Shown here: piece by piece, positions 16,639-26,748 of the stretch
Position numbering within the stretch: position 1 is the first letter of the stretch
How the letters are laid out: every line of letters begins with the position of its first letter
IMG/VR virus record: IMGVR_UViG_3300005805_000138
Coordinates: 1-47,058 of that record
Reading direction: 5' to 3' (one strand)
Origin: a virus
Lineage: Duplodnaviria > Caudoviricetes
DNA: 47,058 bases
Notes under the pieces: model-generated
The model's database searches: none
The model's input: the letters and a program-made list of their open reading frames with translations, nothing else
Told to the model about the DNA's origin: nothing
Program-made: the position numbers and the translations under genes

Positions 16639-18597
16639 ATGGCACTTAGTCTTGGACAACTTGTTACAGGCGGCGCTGCCTTTTCTCGTGGACAACGAGA
16701 GGCTGAACAAGCCGAACGTACAGCACGACTGAATCAACTGCAGATCGAAGAAGCCAACCGACAGAATCAACTCCGTCGTGAAATGCTTCAGGCTCCGATT
16801 GGTGAGCCGATGGGCGGTCTGCGCATGGGGCCTGCGCTTGAAACTGTTCTTCCTCCGATGGATGGAACTCTTGCTCCGTCTCGCCCACGTCCTACTCCTC
16901 CGCCTGCACCGGCTGCTGCGCCTACCGGCTTTGTAGATACAGAAATTAAAAGTGAAGAGGAGATGTTGTACGAGCGGCTTAAGCCGCGTTTGTCGTCTTG
17001 GAATCTTTCGCGTGCGCAAGGAATCGTAGGTGCCATTCCTGAGGAAACTCAGAAAACAATCGCACTTCTCAAAGATCCGAAGAACTTCTCAACGGAAGAA
17101 CTGATTGGAGTTTATCAGTACGCTAGTTATTTCGATGATTCAAACACGGCTTCTTGGTTGCGTGATGTTCTTTTGAACCGTGGCGTTCCTGACGCGCAGT
17201 TGCGCTCCATGGCTGCTCAGAGAAAGAGCGCCCGTGAAGAAGTCATGCGAATCGAAAGCGCAGAAGCAGCGCGTAAGGCCGAGGCTCAGAGACTCGCGGA
17301 ACTCCGTGGTCGTAAGACTGAGGCGGGTGTGCCTGCTGCTGGCCTTAAGGCTCAGGATGCCATCAGTCGTGTCATCCAGCGTGAAGGCGGTTACGTCAAC
17401 GATCCTGATGATATTGGTGGCGAGACTAAGTTCGGTATCAGCAAGGCAGCGTATCCCAAGTTGGATATCGCCAACCTGACCGAAGCGGAAGCGGCTCGCA
17501 TCTACAAGCGTGACTACTGGGATCGCATCAACGCAGACAAACTTCCTGCCAACATCCGTGAGATGGCGTTCGATGCTGCCGTCAATCAGGGCGTGGCTTG
17601 GACGCGTAAGGCTTTGCAGGATTCAAACAACGATCCGCAGACCTTCTTGCAGTTACGTGCGCAGCGATACCAAGACATTGCGGCTGCTAACCCGAGCCAA
17701 GAAAAGTTCTTGCAGGGCTGGCTGAACCGCCTTGGTGAGTTCGCTGGCGGTGTAATGGAGGCTGTGGTTCCTGCTGCTGTTGCGGCTCCCGCCGCTGTTG
17801 CTCCAACTGCTGAGGCTCCTGCTGCACCTGCTCCGACCGCTGGAGTTCGTCAGGCTCCGGCTGTACCTGCTGTGCTTAGCGACACGCAGAATATTCCGTT
17901 TGAGATGCAGCGCAGTATGCAGCAGCGTGAGGAGGCAGTCCGTCTTGCACGTATGTACCAGCGTGCTGGTATGGGTCAGGAGTTCATGCAGGCTCGCGCT
18001 AAAGTCATGGAACTCGACAACAACATGTACTACATGCAGGGTATGCAGGGCATCCAAGAGTTCTCGCTGACTGGAGATCCACGTCGCTTGGCGGCAGTTT
18101 GGAGCCAGTACTACGGTGCTCAGATCGGTGTTCAGCCTCGCGCCGATGGGCGCTATAACATCCTTGTGGGTGATCAGGTTGCTCGTGAAGGTCTGTCTCC
18201 GACCGAAGTTACCAGCATGGCGCGTCTGTCGTTCGATACTGGCTATCGTCAGGCTCAGCAGCAGGCCAGTGCCGAGATGAGTACGGAAGCGTTCAAGGCT
18301 CAGTTGGAAATCCAAAAGGATCAGGCCAAGCAACTTACGCAAATGATCCGTGAGATCAAGGTTGCAGAAGCTCAGGGCAACATCTCGCAGAAACTTGAGT
18401 GGTTCAAGGCCAACGCTGGTTGGGACATCAAGCCCTCGGGTGGCGGTGACGGAACTGTTATTATTCGTCCTCCGGGTGGTGCGCCGTATCTCTTTAACCC
18501 GACTCCGCGCACTATAGAAATTGACGGAGTTAAGGTGCAAACTAACTCGGCGTATCCGATTGCGGGTCTGCCGTCGCTTGGTGGACAGCCGAGGTAA
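16639..18597 (+). CDS. Ejection protein with glycoside hydrolase family 108 lysozyme domain
   Basis: EGGYVNDPDDIGGETKFGIS...IYKRDYW...FDAAVNQG and F..GWLNRL (about 17360-17735), embedded in a helical Gln/Ala-rich protein. Confidence 0.85.
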   Translation: MALSLGQLVTGGAAFSRGQREAEQAERTARLNQLQIEEANRQNQLRREMLQAPIGEPMGGLRMGPALETVLPPMDGTLAPSRPRPTPPPAPAAAPTGFVDTEIKSEEEMLYERLKPRLSSWNLSRAQGIVGAIPEETQKTIALLKDPKNFSTEELIGVYQYASYFDDSNTASWLRDVLLNRGVPDAQLRSMAAQRKSAREEVMRIESAEAARKAEAQRLAELRGRKTEAGVPAAGLKAQDAISRVIQREGGYVNDPDDIGGETKFGISKAAYPKLDIANLTEAEAARIYKRDYWDRINADKLPANIREMAFDAAVNQGVAWTRKALQDSNNDPQTFLQLRAQRYQDIAAANPSQEKFLQGWLNRLGEFAGGVMEAVVPAAVAAPAAVAPTAEAPAAPAPTAGVRQAPAVPAVLSDTQNIPFEMQRSMQQREEAVRLARMYQRAGMGQEFMQARAKVMELDNNMYYMQGMQGIQEFSLTGDPRRLAAVWSQYYGAQIGVQPRADGRYNILVGDQVAREGLSPTEVTSMARLSFDTGYRQAQQQASAEMSTEAFKAQLEIQKDQAKQLTQMIREIKVAEAQGNISQKLEWFKANAGWDIKPSGGGDGTVIIRPPGGAPYLFNPTPRTIEIDGVKVQTNSAYPIAGLPSLGGQPR

Positions 18598-18600
18598 ATC

Positions 18601-21600
18601 ATGGCTAAGGCAGGATTGTCGTTTGCTGACCCTTTCATGGATAAGGTCGGCGTAGGCCCAGCGCCCAATCCGTATGCACCACTGTCACCGACCTCAAGCA
18701 TTGGCCTTGGGAATCTCGGTCAGTCTGCTGCAGATATTGCGCTCGTTGGTGAGCGTATGGCGCGTGGCACTCAGTTCACTTTGCCTGAGATGCGACGGCC
18801 TCCTGACATTGGTATCAGCGAAACGACTGGCGAGTTGTTTGTCCAAGGTCGCAGATTTGCTGCCGATGATGCACCTGCTGCATTGCAAGCCGAAGGGTTG
18901 TTAGGTCAACCCGGAAGTGGGCAACTGCCCGCTGGCTTTACTCCGCTTGATCAGCAAGCGTACCAGCAGTACCTCCAGTCCATCCGTGAACCTTCGTTAG
19001 GTCGCCTTGCTTCCAAGTCATTTGGCCGTGGCGTTGACGTATCACAGGCTTTGTTTGGTCGTGGGTTGCAACTCGCTGGTGCTGAAGAACTGGGCGGTCG
19101 GATTGTTTCTGCTCAGGAAGAACAACTGCGGCAGACTTCTCCGTTCGAGCGTCAATTTACTGACATTGAATCTGGGCGTGATGCCGTCGAGTGGTTCGTA
19201 GCCAACTTCGCCCAGCAAGGCCCGAACATGATTGAGTCAGTCGTAACGGCTGGCCTTGGCTTTTTGGCGGGTACTGCTGCTGGTGGCCCACTTGGTGGCG
19301 CTGGCGGTGCGCTTGCTGGACTTATGGGCAAGACTGCTTTCAAGGAAAGCGTCAAGGCCGCTGCCAAAAAGAAAGCCGCAGGTGAAGCACTGTCGGCTGC
19401 TGAGAACAAACTTCTGCGTGAGGCCGCTGGTCTTGCTGGTGCAGTTAGTGCGTCGTATGCACAGAACATTGCCACGGGTGCTGCAGATATTTACGGAGAA
19501 CTTCGGGACTCCGGTGCTGACGCTGATGATATCGACGCTCGCATTAAAGCCCTCGCGGGATCGTTACCATATGCTGCACTTGAGACGCTTCCAGAATTCT
19601 TACTCGCTTCGCGATTACTGTCTGGCGCTGGTGCGCCTAGGGCGATACCTGCTGGTACTTCCGTTGGCCGTCGTGGGGCTGAGCTTCTGCGCCGTGGGCT
19701 TGTTGGCGGTGGTGTTGGCGGCTTGGCTGAGGGAACAACCGAAGCAAGTCAAGAAGCCCTCCTCCTTGGAATCTCAGGACAAGACTTAACTAGCGACGAG
19801 GGTATCAACCGCCTCATCAATTCGTTTGCCGCAGGCTTTGGTGTCGGTGGCCCAATTGGTACTGTCGCTAACCTGCGTGGTAAAGAACCGGCGAACTTAC
19901 TTGATCCGGGTAAGACCACTGAACCACCGGCTAGTACTGCGATTATTCCGTTTACTCCGCCGCAAGCACCTCCGGGGCCGGGTACTGGATTCACAATGGT
20001 TCCGGGTACAGGGATCATTCCGCAACCTGTCGGACAATATATTCCTGCAGGGGCTGGAGTTGCTGCTCCGTTGGCGTTGCCTGCACCCAGACGCGTGTTG
20101 CAGGTTCAGAGTCGTCCGGGCTTTGTGGTTGACTCGCAAGGTAACGTCCGCCCGGCTGATGCCGATGATGTGATTGTTGGTGTTACCGAAAACATCCCGC
20201 CAGTATTCCCCGGACAGCAGGGCGTGTTGGATATCTTTGGTGGTGAACCTGTCACTGCTGGAGAGATTGCTGCTCGTATGCAGCCACCGGCTGCTGCTCC
20301 TGAGGCTGTAGCGCCTAGCGCCACACCGGCTTTGAATGTTATCCCCGGACAGGGGGCGCTTCAGTTTGGTCCTGCAGCCCCAGAGGTTGCGCCGTTATCT
20401 GCGTTTGGTCAGCAGGTCGCACAAGTATCCGGTCAGTTGCAGCGTCAACGTGAGTTTGAAGCGGCACAACAACAACGTGCGGAACAAGAAGCCGCGCAGC
20501 GTGAAGCAGATTTCAACCGTGCGCTTGCTCAACAGCAACTTCAACTTGGTCAGGTCGGTGCTGCTGCACCTACGGGTGTTGTTCCTGCGCTTCCGCCTCG
20601 TCAATTTGGCCCGACTGAACCGCAACAGTTACCACTCTTTGGTGCGCGTGGATTGCCTCGCCCGTCCGGTGCTGAGCGTTTACGCCGTGGTGCTACGCCA
20701 CTGCCTGAGACTGGTCCGACTGTACCGGTTACGCCACGCGAGAGCCTGCAGGTTGCTGGCCAGTTGCCGCTCTTTACTCGAGAAGGACAGCCGTCAGTTG
20801 CTGCTCTGCGTGGTGCTGGCAAACGTCGCAAGGTTCGTCCGCAGTTGCAGAAGGGTGGTCGTCAGCGTCCGCCTGAGCCAGCGGCTAAGGTTCGTGCCGT
20901 TGCTGAGAAAGTACGCAAGCGTCAACGTGTTGATGCCACGTTGGAAGACGGCTCCCGTTATGTAGGCATCATTGATGCCAATGGTAATTTTGTCAGCGGT
21001 AAGGTTACTTACGCCGATGGTACGTCCTTCGAAGGTACGTTTGAGAATGACGCTCCTAAGAACGGTGTGTACACGGATGAGGCTGGCGAAAAACTTCAAG
21101 TAAGGAACGGAAACTATGCCATTCAAGAGCGAGGCACAGAGAAAGTACCTGCACGCGAACCAGCCGAAACTGGCGCAAAAGTGGGAGCAACAGTATCCGG
21201 TCAGCGGGAAACTCCCAGAAAGGGTGAAGCCCTCAAGAAAGGTGAGCAAAAGCCGCCCGTTCGGGAAACTGGTAAGAAAGTAGAGGAAACCAAACGCCCA
21301 AAAGTAGGGGCGGCTCCGGCCGCCTACGCAACCCCTGAGGAAGCATGGGAGGATTTAGGTCCGGATGACATTACGTACTCCGACCTTCCTGCCAAACTCA
21401 AGGCTACGTGGGATGAGAAGTTCCGAAGCAATCAACGAAATCTGACTCAAGCGTATGCGCTTAGTATCGCGGCCGATGCCCGTGACGTTATTGCCGATCA
21501 AGAAGCAGGTATCACTGAGGAAGATCAGACTGTCCGTCAAGCATTGGAAGAAGAAATTAACGTAGCGGAAACCAGTCCTAACCTCCGTACGTTTAAGGAC

Positions 21601-24600
21601 GCAATGGCTACGGTAATGTTCCATGCGTTATTCGATACTGATTCCAACAATCGTAAGACCGGTGTGATCGAACGCGCTCAGTCTTTCTTTGCCAATACGC
21701 AGTTCTCACCGCAGCAGCAAACCGCTATTGACGATGTGGTGATGATGCTGGCTAACGACCGCCTGCAGATGGAAGCCGTGTTCACTCGCGGAAACATGAA
21801 GGGGCAATACACCCCAGCGTTCTCATACTTGCGTGGTCGCGCACTGCTTCCGAACGTGACTAGTCGCATCGTGGGTTTGCCGGTTGAGGAGGCCAAACTT
21901 CTTGTTGAGGCGGGTGAGATTAAACTTACCCAGTTACCTGAGGACACGGTTGGCAAGATTACTAAGATTGCTACTACCACTGGTCGTCCGAGCGTTGGTG
22001 AGAAGATCACTAACCTCAATAAGACTACTTCGCTTACCAGTATTGTCCGCACTCCGCAGGCTGTACTTGCTAACTTCTTGGATGAACTGTTCAAGAACTA
22101 CAGACTTATCCGTGGTCTGAACTCCGAGATGGAGGTTGAGGGTAAGAAGTATCCGGGTCTGGCTGCTGCGGCCAAGGCTTTGTATTCCCGTCTTGATGAA
22201 GCAGGACGCAACTACTTCTATCGTGGCAAGCGCCTCAAGGATTTCTTCAACGAGAACGGTGAGCCTAACCTGCTCAAGTCGCAAGGTCGTTACGTCATTG
22301 TCCCCGAGGTAATTACTGCGGAGCGACAGGCTGAGATCGACAGGCTTGCCCGTGAAGAAGCACGGATGGCTGCAGAAGAACGCGCCAAGGAGCGTGAGGA
22401 ACGGCTTGAGGAGTTCAATAGAACCAAGGCAGACAAAGAAGCCTTCCCGGTTGAGGATGATTACGACAAGCCTGACGGTATGTTCTACCGTGACGATGGC
22501 ACTGACATTGGTAAAGCCATCCCTGCTGGCCGCGTGAAGATTCTGGTCACTAACTTCCTGCGAAAGCTGCGGATCAAACCGCGTACATATATTTACAGGA
22601 ATGTGGCTGATCTAAAACGAAACAATCCTGAGTTGTACAGTCGTGCAGCCGCTTCCCGTCCGAAGGGTGACTTCGATACCACGCAAGCAATGGGTTATTC
22701 GTTTGGTCCGAACGTCATCATCTTCTCTGACTTCATCCGTAGCGAACGGCAACTGAAGTTTGTACTGGCTCACGAAACCCTTGGCCACTTTGGATTCAAG
22801 GGCGTGATGTCAAAGGCTGAGTTAAATCGTGCATTAAACGATATATACGAGGCAGACTCCGACGTACGAGCTGCAGTTAACGACATGATGGCTGCGCGTA
22901 ATATATCCAAACTTGAGGCTTTGGAAGAATACGTTGCGGACTTTGCTGCCGAGATCGACGTATCCATCCTCAACCGTATCTGGAATGCACTCAAGAATGC
23001 GTTGAACAAGATCGGTCTGAAGTTCGAGGACGACGCTGCCCGCTACCTTGTGAACCTATCACGCAAGTACGTGCGCCGTGGAGACGCTGGCAACTTCCTC
23101 AGTGCAAAGACCATCGCTCAAGACTTTGAGATGATTAACTCTGCTCAGTACGAAGGCCGCTACGCTGTGTTCTCTAACGCAGACCTTGGCTCCAAAGCGT
23201 TTGCTGCCAATGCCTTGAACTATCGGTATGGCCCGATGGGCGGCTTGATGGGTGCGTACGAGAGTTTCCGCAACCGCGTGTTTGGTACGCAGAAGGATGT
23301 ACCGGGTACGGTTGCACGCATACTGGAAGAAGTTCAGACGCTGGACAACAAGGCCCGACGCAGCGAAGGCTTGAGTCTTATCTATAAGATGTTTGAGAAG
23401 CAGCAGCAGTTTGCTCGCTCGCTCTTGTCAAAGTACCAGCGCATGACCTCCTACAGCCACACTCCGGACTACGGTGTGTTCGGTGAAATCGGTGGTGTGC
23501 CGGGAGTTACGGAGGAGGAGAAGGAGAAGGCTGGTGAGTTGCTTGCATATGCCGCGCTGTTGCGTGGTACTGAAGCCACTGACCAACTGATCCGATCCTT
23601 CGACAGCCTTGTGTTCATGGATGACATGGGCAACATCACTGTTGACCCGAAGGTTCGTGACCAACTTGAGAAGGCTGGCTACGTATCTGCAGAGGAGTTC
23701 CGCAAAGGATTCCAAGTCACTCTGGCCAACGGTAGCAAGGTTAAGTATCAGTTCGACGTAGACGAAGATAGCGATATCTGGAAGGTCTACAACGAGATGC
23801 GTGCTGCCGTTAACGAGTCGGCCATCGACCTGATGCTGTCTAACTTTGAAGCATCGCAGGCTGAAGGCAAGCGCGTTATCAACCGGCTGAATGATCTGCG
23901 CCGTGGTAATAACGTATTTACTGATGATGACTTGACTGCTATCCGCAAGGCTGCAGAAACCTACAAGCGTATGCGTTACGCTGGTCAAGACGTTGCCAGT
24001 GCTGCGGTTGCGTTGGATAAAGATGCGCTCAAGCGTTCGGAAGAATTCGTCATCGCCTTTGGTCGCGCTCTGTTTAACGACAGCGTGTACAAGGTTTGGA
24101 TGAAGGAAGCGGATGCTGACCCGAGAATCGTCGAAGACCTGAAGGAATTCCAGAAGGCAGAGTACGACGACTTGCGTGCTGCACTTCCAAGTCTGCGCCA
24201 GAAGATCACTGGTAGTAAGGAAGCCAAGGAAGGTCAGTCCTTCTCAATGCAGAAAGCCATCCGAGACTTGTTCTTGTTTGACCTGCAGTCGAGGAACGCT
24301 GACTACTACGCCAAGCGTACGATCCTTGGTTCTTACGTTCCGTTTACCCGCCGTGGTACTGAGCAAGTACGTCTTGCTGCTTATGACTCCAAGGGTAATG
24401 CGGTTCGATTGGATGAGGCGACACGCGCCACACTGCCGTACTTCCAGTTCGATAGCCGTAGCGAAGCACTCAAGACTGCTGAGGATTTAGAGAAGGAGTT
24501 CGGCGGCGATAACACATGGACATTCTTGGATGACGACGGTAAGGAAGTCACCGTTAAGTTGCGTCCGGAGATATCCCGAGTTCGCCAGTCGTCTGACCTG

Positions 24601-26748
24601 ACTGAAGCCGTGAACTTTAACGAGTTCATCTACGTGCTGAACCGGCTCAACGTGAACATCACTCCGGAAGTCCGCGAGCGGATTGTTACCACGCTAACTA
24701 ACCAGAACGAACGCGCTCGTAAGAACCTGCAACGCTCTGGTACTCCGGGCTGGGATAAAGATGTTATCCGGTCTGTGTCGGAACATCTGGAAACTACTTC
24801 CCACGTAGCAGCGAAGAAACTATTCAAGCACCGTCTTGACGATATCCTGTTAAACAACAGCCTGTGGCTTGGCGATCCGCAGAAACTTGAGTCATTGAAG
24901 GCTGCAGTAGATAGCGCACGTAATGATCTGGAGCGCGCCCGCGCACAACGCGAGTACGACCAGTATGCTTATATGTATAGGTATATGCGTGCGACGGCTG
25001 GAGAGAACACCGTCGAGATTGATGGTAAGAAAGTACCGACCCTTGGTCGTGGTGAAGACTACCGCGAGGAAGCCAAGCAAGTACTCCGTTGGTATAGCGA
25101 AGCTGGAAATATTACGGACAGCACAGAAGATTTACTGTCTGGAGAGACCGGCTCAACTATCAAAATGGCCACCGTGCTTATGCAGTTGGGTGGTTCTGTC
25201 GCTACAGCGTTCATTAACTTGGCGTCACTTGCGTCGAACACCATCCCATATCTTTCCTTCTACAACCCGAAAACGGGTGTGGGTGGTGGCTACGGGTTCT
25301 CCAAGGCAAGCACTCAACTATCGAATGCTATCAAGGACATTGGTAACCCCAGCTTTGCCGATGGTGAATTTATCCAGAACCTTTTGTCCGAGGGAACCTA
25401 TGACCGGTACGGTCTGACCAGAGACGAAGCAGAGTTCCTGTTCCAGCAGACGGAAGAAGGCACACTGCAGGCGGCTCAGTTCAATGCGCTTGTAGGTACG
25501 GCACGCGGTAAGGTCTTCTCCAACCGAGCGCAAGCAGCCATTAAGTTGTGGATGGGAATGTTCTCTTATACGGAACAGATCAACCGTCGTGCCACGGCTC
25601 TGGCTGCATACCGCTTGGAAAAGGAGCGACTGCAGGCTGAAGGGATTACGGATCAGAACCGTATCGAACGTGAAGCAGCGGAGGCTGCACGCACAGCGGT
25701 GAACACCTCGCAAGGCGAGTACGCCATGTTCAACCGCCCTGAGATGGCACGCGGTAACGTGCTGCAGTACGTCTTTATGTACAAGCAGTTCGTGATCATC
25801 ACCGTGCAGTTGCTCAAGGCCATGCCTGCAGAAGGTCGGCTGTTGATGCTGGGCTTCTTGCTGCTGGTCAGCGGTATTAAGGGACTTCCGTTTGCAGAAG
25901 ACTTGATGGATGTTCTGGATACTATCCTGCAGAAACTTGGGTTGCGTACGCCAAGCGTAGAGAAACAACTCTCCGAGTGGATTGACGCTGTGGCTCCGGG
26001 CATGACCCCGTACCTGATGCGTGGTGTGCTGGATAGAACCACAGGTGCTACGTTGTCGAGCCGCTTGGGTATGGGTGACTTGCTGCCACTGACTGGAGCG
26101 TTCCGCGCTGGTGCAGACCCGATCCGAGAACTGGAGAACTTTGCTGGCCCGGTGGTCGGTGGTATCAGCGGTCTTGTTGGTATGGCCGGTGGTCTAGCCA
26201 AGTACGGTGCAGAGACTGTCGGGTTGCGGGATGACACCACATCACTTAACTCGTTGCTGCGTGACTCTCCGATTGCACTGATGCGTGCGGTGGGTGATGG
26301 CACTGCGTACCTGAGTGACGGTCGTATCACTAACACTCGCGGTCAGGTGGTGTCAGAAGATGTCGGCACGCATGTGGCTCTGGCAAGGTTCCTTGGTTTC
26401 TATCCTGCCATTGCTACTCAGCAGAACGATATCGTGCGCTTGTCCAAGTACGTGAGCGATTACGCTAAGGCGATCAAGGCTGACTACACAGCGGCATACG
26501 TTAAGGCGCGTTTGGCTGGTGACACTGATGCCATGCAGCAGACGCTAGAGAACGTACGTAACTGGAACGAAGCGGCTGCGGGTACTGGGTTGGAGATCAA
26601 CAACTTCATCCGGTCTGCTAACCGTGCTGCCCGAGAAGCCGAGCGTCCAACTGCCATGCGTTTCCTCAAGGCTGCACCCAAGAACGTGCGTCCTGAGACT
26701 TTGGAACTGCTGGAAATCTACGGTATTGAACCGGGAGAACTGCAATGA
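18601..26748 (+). CDS. Giant internal virion / large polyvalent protein (2715 aa)
   Basis: Gly/Ala-rich hydrophobic N-terminus, Pro-rich linker, MORN-like repeats (about 20930-21100), zincin-like HETLGH...EEYVA (from 22771), and a helical C-terminal region with YVPFTRRG (PLxRFG-like). Confidence 0.75.
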   Translation: MAKAGLSFADPFMDKVGVGPAPNPYAPLSPTSSIGLGNLGQSAADIALVGERMARGTQFTLPEMRRPPDIGISETTGELFVQGRRFAADDAPAALQAEGLLGQPGSGQLPAGFTPLDQQAYQQYLQSIREPSLGRLASKSFGRGVDVSQALFGRGLQLAGAEELGGRIVSAQEEQLRQTSPFERQFTDIESGRDAVEWFVANFAQQGPNMIESVVTAGLGFLAGTAAGGPLGGAGGALAGLMGKTAFKESVKAAAKKKAAGEALSAAENKLLREAAGLAGAVSASYAQNIATGAADIYGELRDSGADADDIDARIKALAGSLPYAALETLPEFLLASRLLSGAGAPRAIPAGTSVGRRGAELLRRGLVGGGVGGLAEGTTEASQEALLLGISGQDLTSDEGINRLINSFAAGFGVGGPIGTVANLRGKEPANLLDPGKTTEPPASTAIIPFTPPQAPPGPGTGFTMVPGTGIIPQPVGQYIPAGAGVAAPLALPAPRRVLQVQSRPGFVVDSQGNVRPADADDVIVGVTENIPPVFPGQQGVLDIFGGEPVTAGEIAARMQPPAAAPEAVAPSATPALNVIPGQGALQFGPAAPEVAPLSAFGQQVAQVSGQLQRQREFEAAQQQRAEQEAAQREADFNRALAQQQLQLGQVGAAAPTGVVPALPPRQFGPTEPQQLPLFGARGLPRPSGAERLRRGATPLPETGPTVPVTPRESLQVAGQLPLFTREGQPSVAALRGAGKRRKVRPQLQKGGRQRPPEPAAKVRAVAEKVRKRQRVDATLEDGSRYVGIIDANGNFVSGKVTYADGTSFEGTFENDAPKNGVYTDEAGEKLQVRNGNYAIQERGTEKVPAREPAETGAKVGATVSGQRETPRKGEALKKGEQKPPVRETGKKVEETKRPKVGAAPAAYATPEEAWEDLGPDDITYSDLPAKLKATWDEKFRSNQRNLTQAYALSIAADARDVIADQEAGITEEDQTVRQALEEEINVAETSPNLRTFKDAMATVMFHALFDTDSNNRKTGVIERAQSFFANTQFSPQQQTAIDDVVMMLANDRLQMEAVFTRGNMKGQYTPAFSYLRGRALLPNVTSRIVGLPVEEAKLLVEAGEIKLTQLPEDTVGKITKIATTTGRPSVGEKITNLNKTTSLTSIVRTPQAVLANFLDELFKNYRLIRGLNSEMEVEGKKYPGLAAAAKALYSRLDEAGRNYFYRGKRLKDFFNENGEPNLLKSQGRYVIVPEVITAERQAEIDRLAREEARMAAEERAKEREERLEEFNRTKADKEAFPVEDDYDKPDGMFYRDDGTDIGKAIPAGRVKILVTNFLRKLRIKPRTYIYRNVADLKRNNPELYSRAAASRPKGDFDTTQAMGYSFGPNVIIFSDFIRSERQLKFVLAHETLGHFGFKGVMSKAELNRALNDIYEADSDVRAAVNDMMAARNISKLEALEEYVADFAAEIDVSILNRIWNALKNALNKIGLKFEDDAARYLVNLSRKYVRRGDAGNFLSAKTIAQDFEMINSAQYEGRYAVFSNADLGSKAFAANALNYRYGPMGGLMGAYESFRNRVFGTQKDVPGTVARILEEVQTLDNKARRSEGLSLIYKMFEKQQQFARSLLSKYQRMTSYSHTPDYGVFGEIGGVPGVTEEEKEKAGELLAYAALLRGTEATDQLIRSFDSLVFMDDMGNITVDPKVRDQLEKAGYVSAEEFRKGFQVTLANGSKVKYQFDVDEDSDIWKVYNEMRAAVNESAIDLMLSNFEASQAEGKRVINRLNDLRRGNNVFTDDDLTAIRKAAETYKRMRYAGQDVASAAVALDKDALKRSEEFVIAFGRALFNDSVYKVWMKEADADPRIVEDLKEFQKAEYDDLRAALPSLRQKITGSKEAKEGQSFSMQKAIRDLFLFDLQSRNADYYAKRTILGSYVPFTRRGTEQVRLAAYDSKGNAVRLDEATRATLPYFQFDSRSEALKTAEDLEKEFGGDNTWTFLDDDGKEVTVKLRPEISRVRQSSDLTEAVNFNEFIYVLNRLNVNITPEVRERIVTTLTNQNERARKNLQRSGTPGWDKDVIRSVSEHLETTSHVAAKKLFKHRLDDILLNNSLWLGDPQKLESLKAAVDSARNDLERARAQREYDQYAYMYRYMRATAGENTVEIDGKKVPTLGRGEDYREEAKQVLRWYSEAGNITDSTEDLLSGETGSTIKMATVLMQLGGSVATAFINLASLASNTIPYLSFYNPKTGVGGGYGFSKASTQLSNAIKDIGNPSFADGEFIQNLLSEGTYDRYGLTRDEAEFLFQQTEEGTLQAAQFNALVGTARGKVFSNRAQAAIKLWMGMFSYTEQINRRATALAAYRLEKERLQAEGITDQNRIEREAAEAARTAVNTSQGEYAMFNRPEMARGNVLQYVFMYKQFVIITVQLLKAMPAEGRLLMLGFLLLVSGIKGLPFAEDLMDVLDTILQKLGLRTPSVEKQLSEWIDAVAPGMTPYLMRGVLDRTTGATLSSRLGMGDLLPLTGAFRAGADPIRELENFAGPVVGGISGLVGMAGGLAKYGAETVGLRDDTTSLNSLLRDSPIALMRAVGDGTAYLSDGRITNTRGQVVSEDVGTHVALARFLGFYPAIATQQNDIVRLSKYVSDYAKAIKADYTAAYVKARLAGDTDAMQQTLENVRNWNEAAAGTGLEINNFIRSANRAAREAERPTAMRFLKAAPKNVRPETLELLEIYGIEPGELQ
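21116..21283 (+). CDS. Nested (+1 frame) small basic protein inside the giant gene
   Basis: Hand-translated: MPFKSEAQRKYLHANQPKLAQKWEQQYPVSGKLPERVKPSRKVSKSRPFGKLVRK; TAAGGA SD at 21101-21106, 9 nt before the ATG; resembles the stand-alone MPFKS.AQR...W....KLPERV small phage proteins. Confidence 0.7.
   Translation: MPFKSEAQRKYLHANQPKLAQKWEQQYPVSGKLPERVKPSRKVSKSRPFGKLVRK

Noticed and set aside
17653-18540. 295-aa ORF on the - strand
   Set aside because: It is the antisense shadow of the well-supported ejection protein, with no RBS or recognisable motif.
20336-20965. 209-aa alternative-frame + strand ORF in the giant gene
   Set aside because: Its Leu/Arg/Val-rich composition is typical of an off-frame read of NNT-biased codons. 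Unlike the ORF at 21116, it has no SD and no family resemblance.
25318-26336. Two ORFs of more than 200 aa on the - strand inside the giant gene
   Set aside because: They are antisense shadows expected from biased codon usage and show no protein-like motifs.
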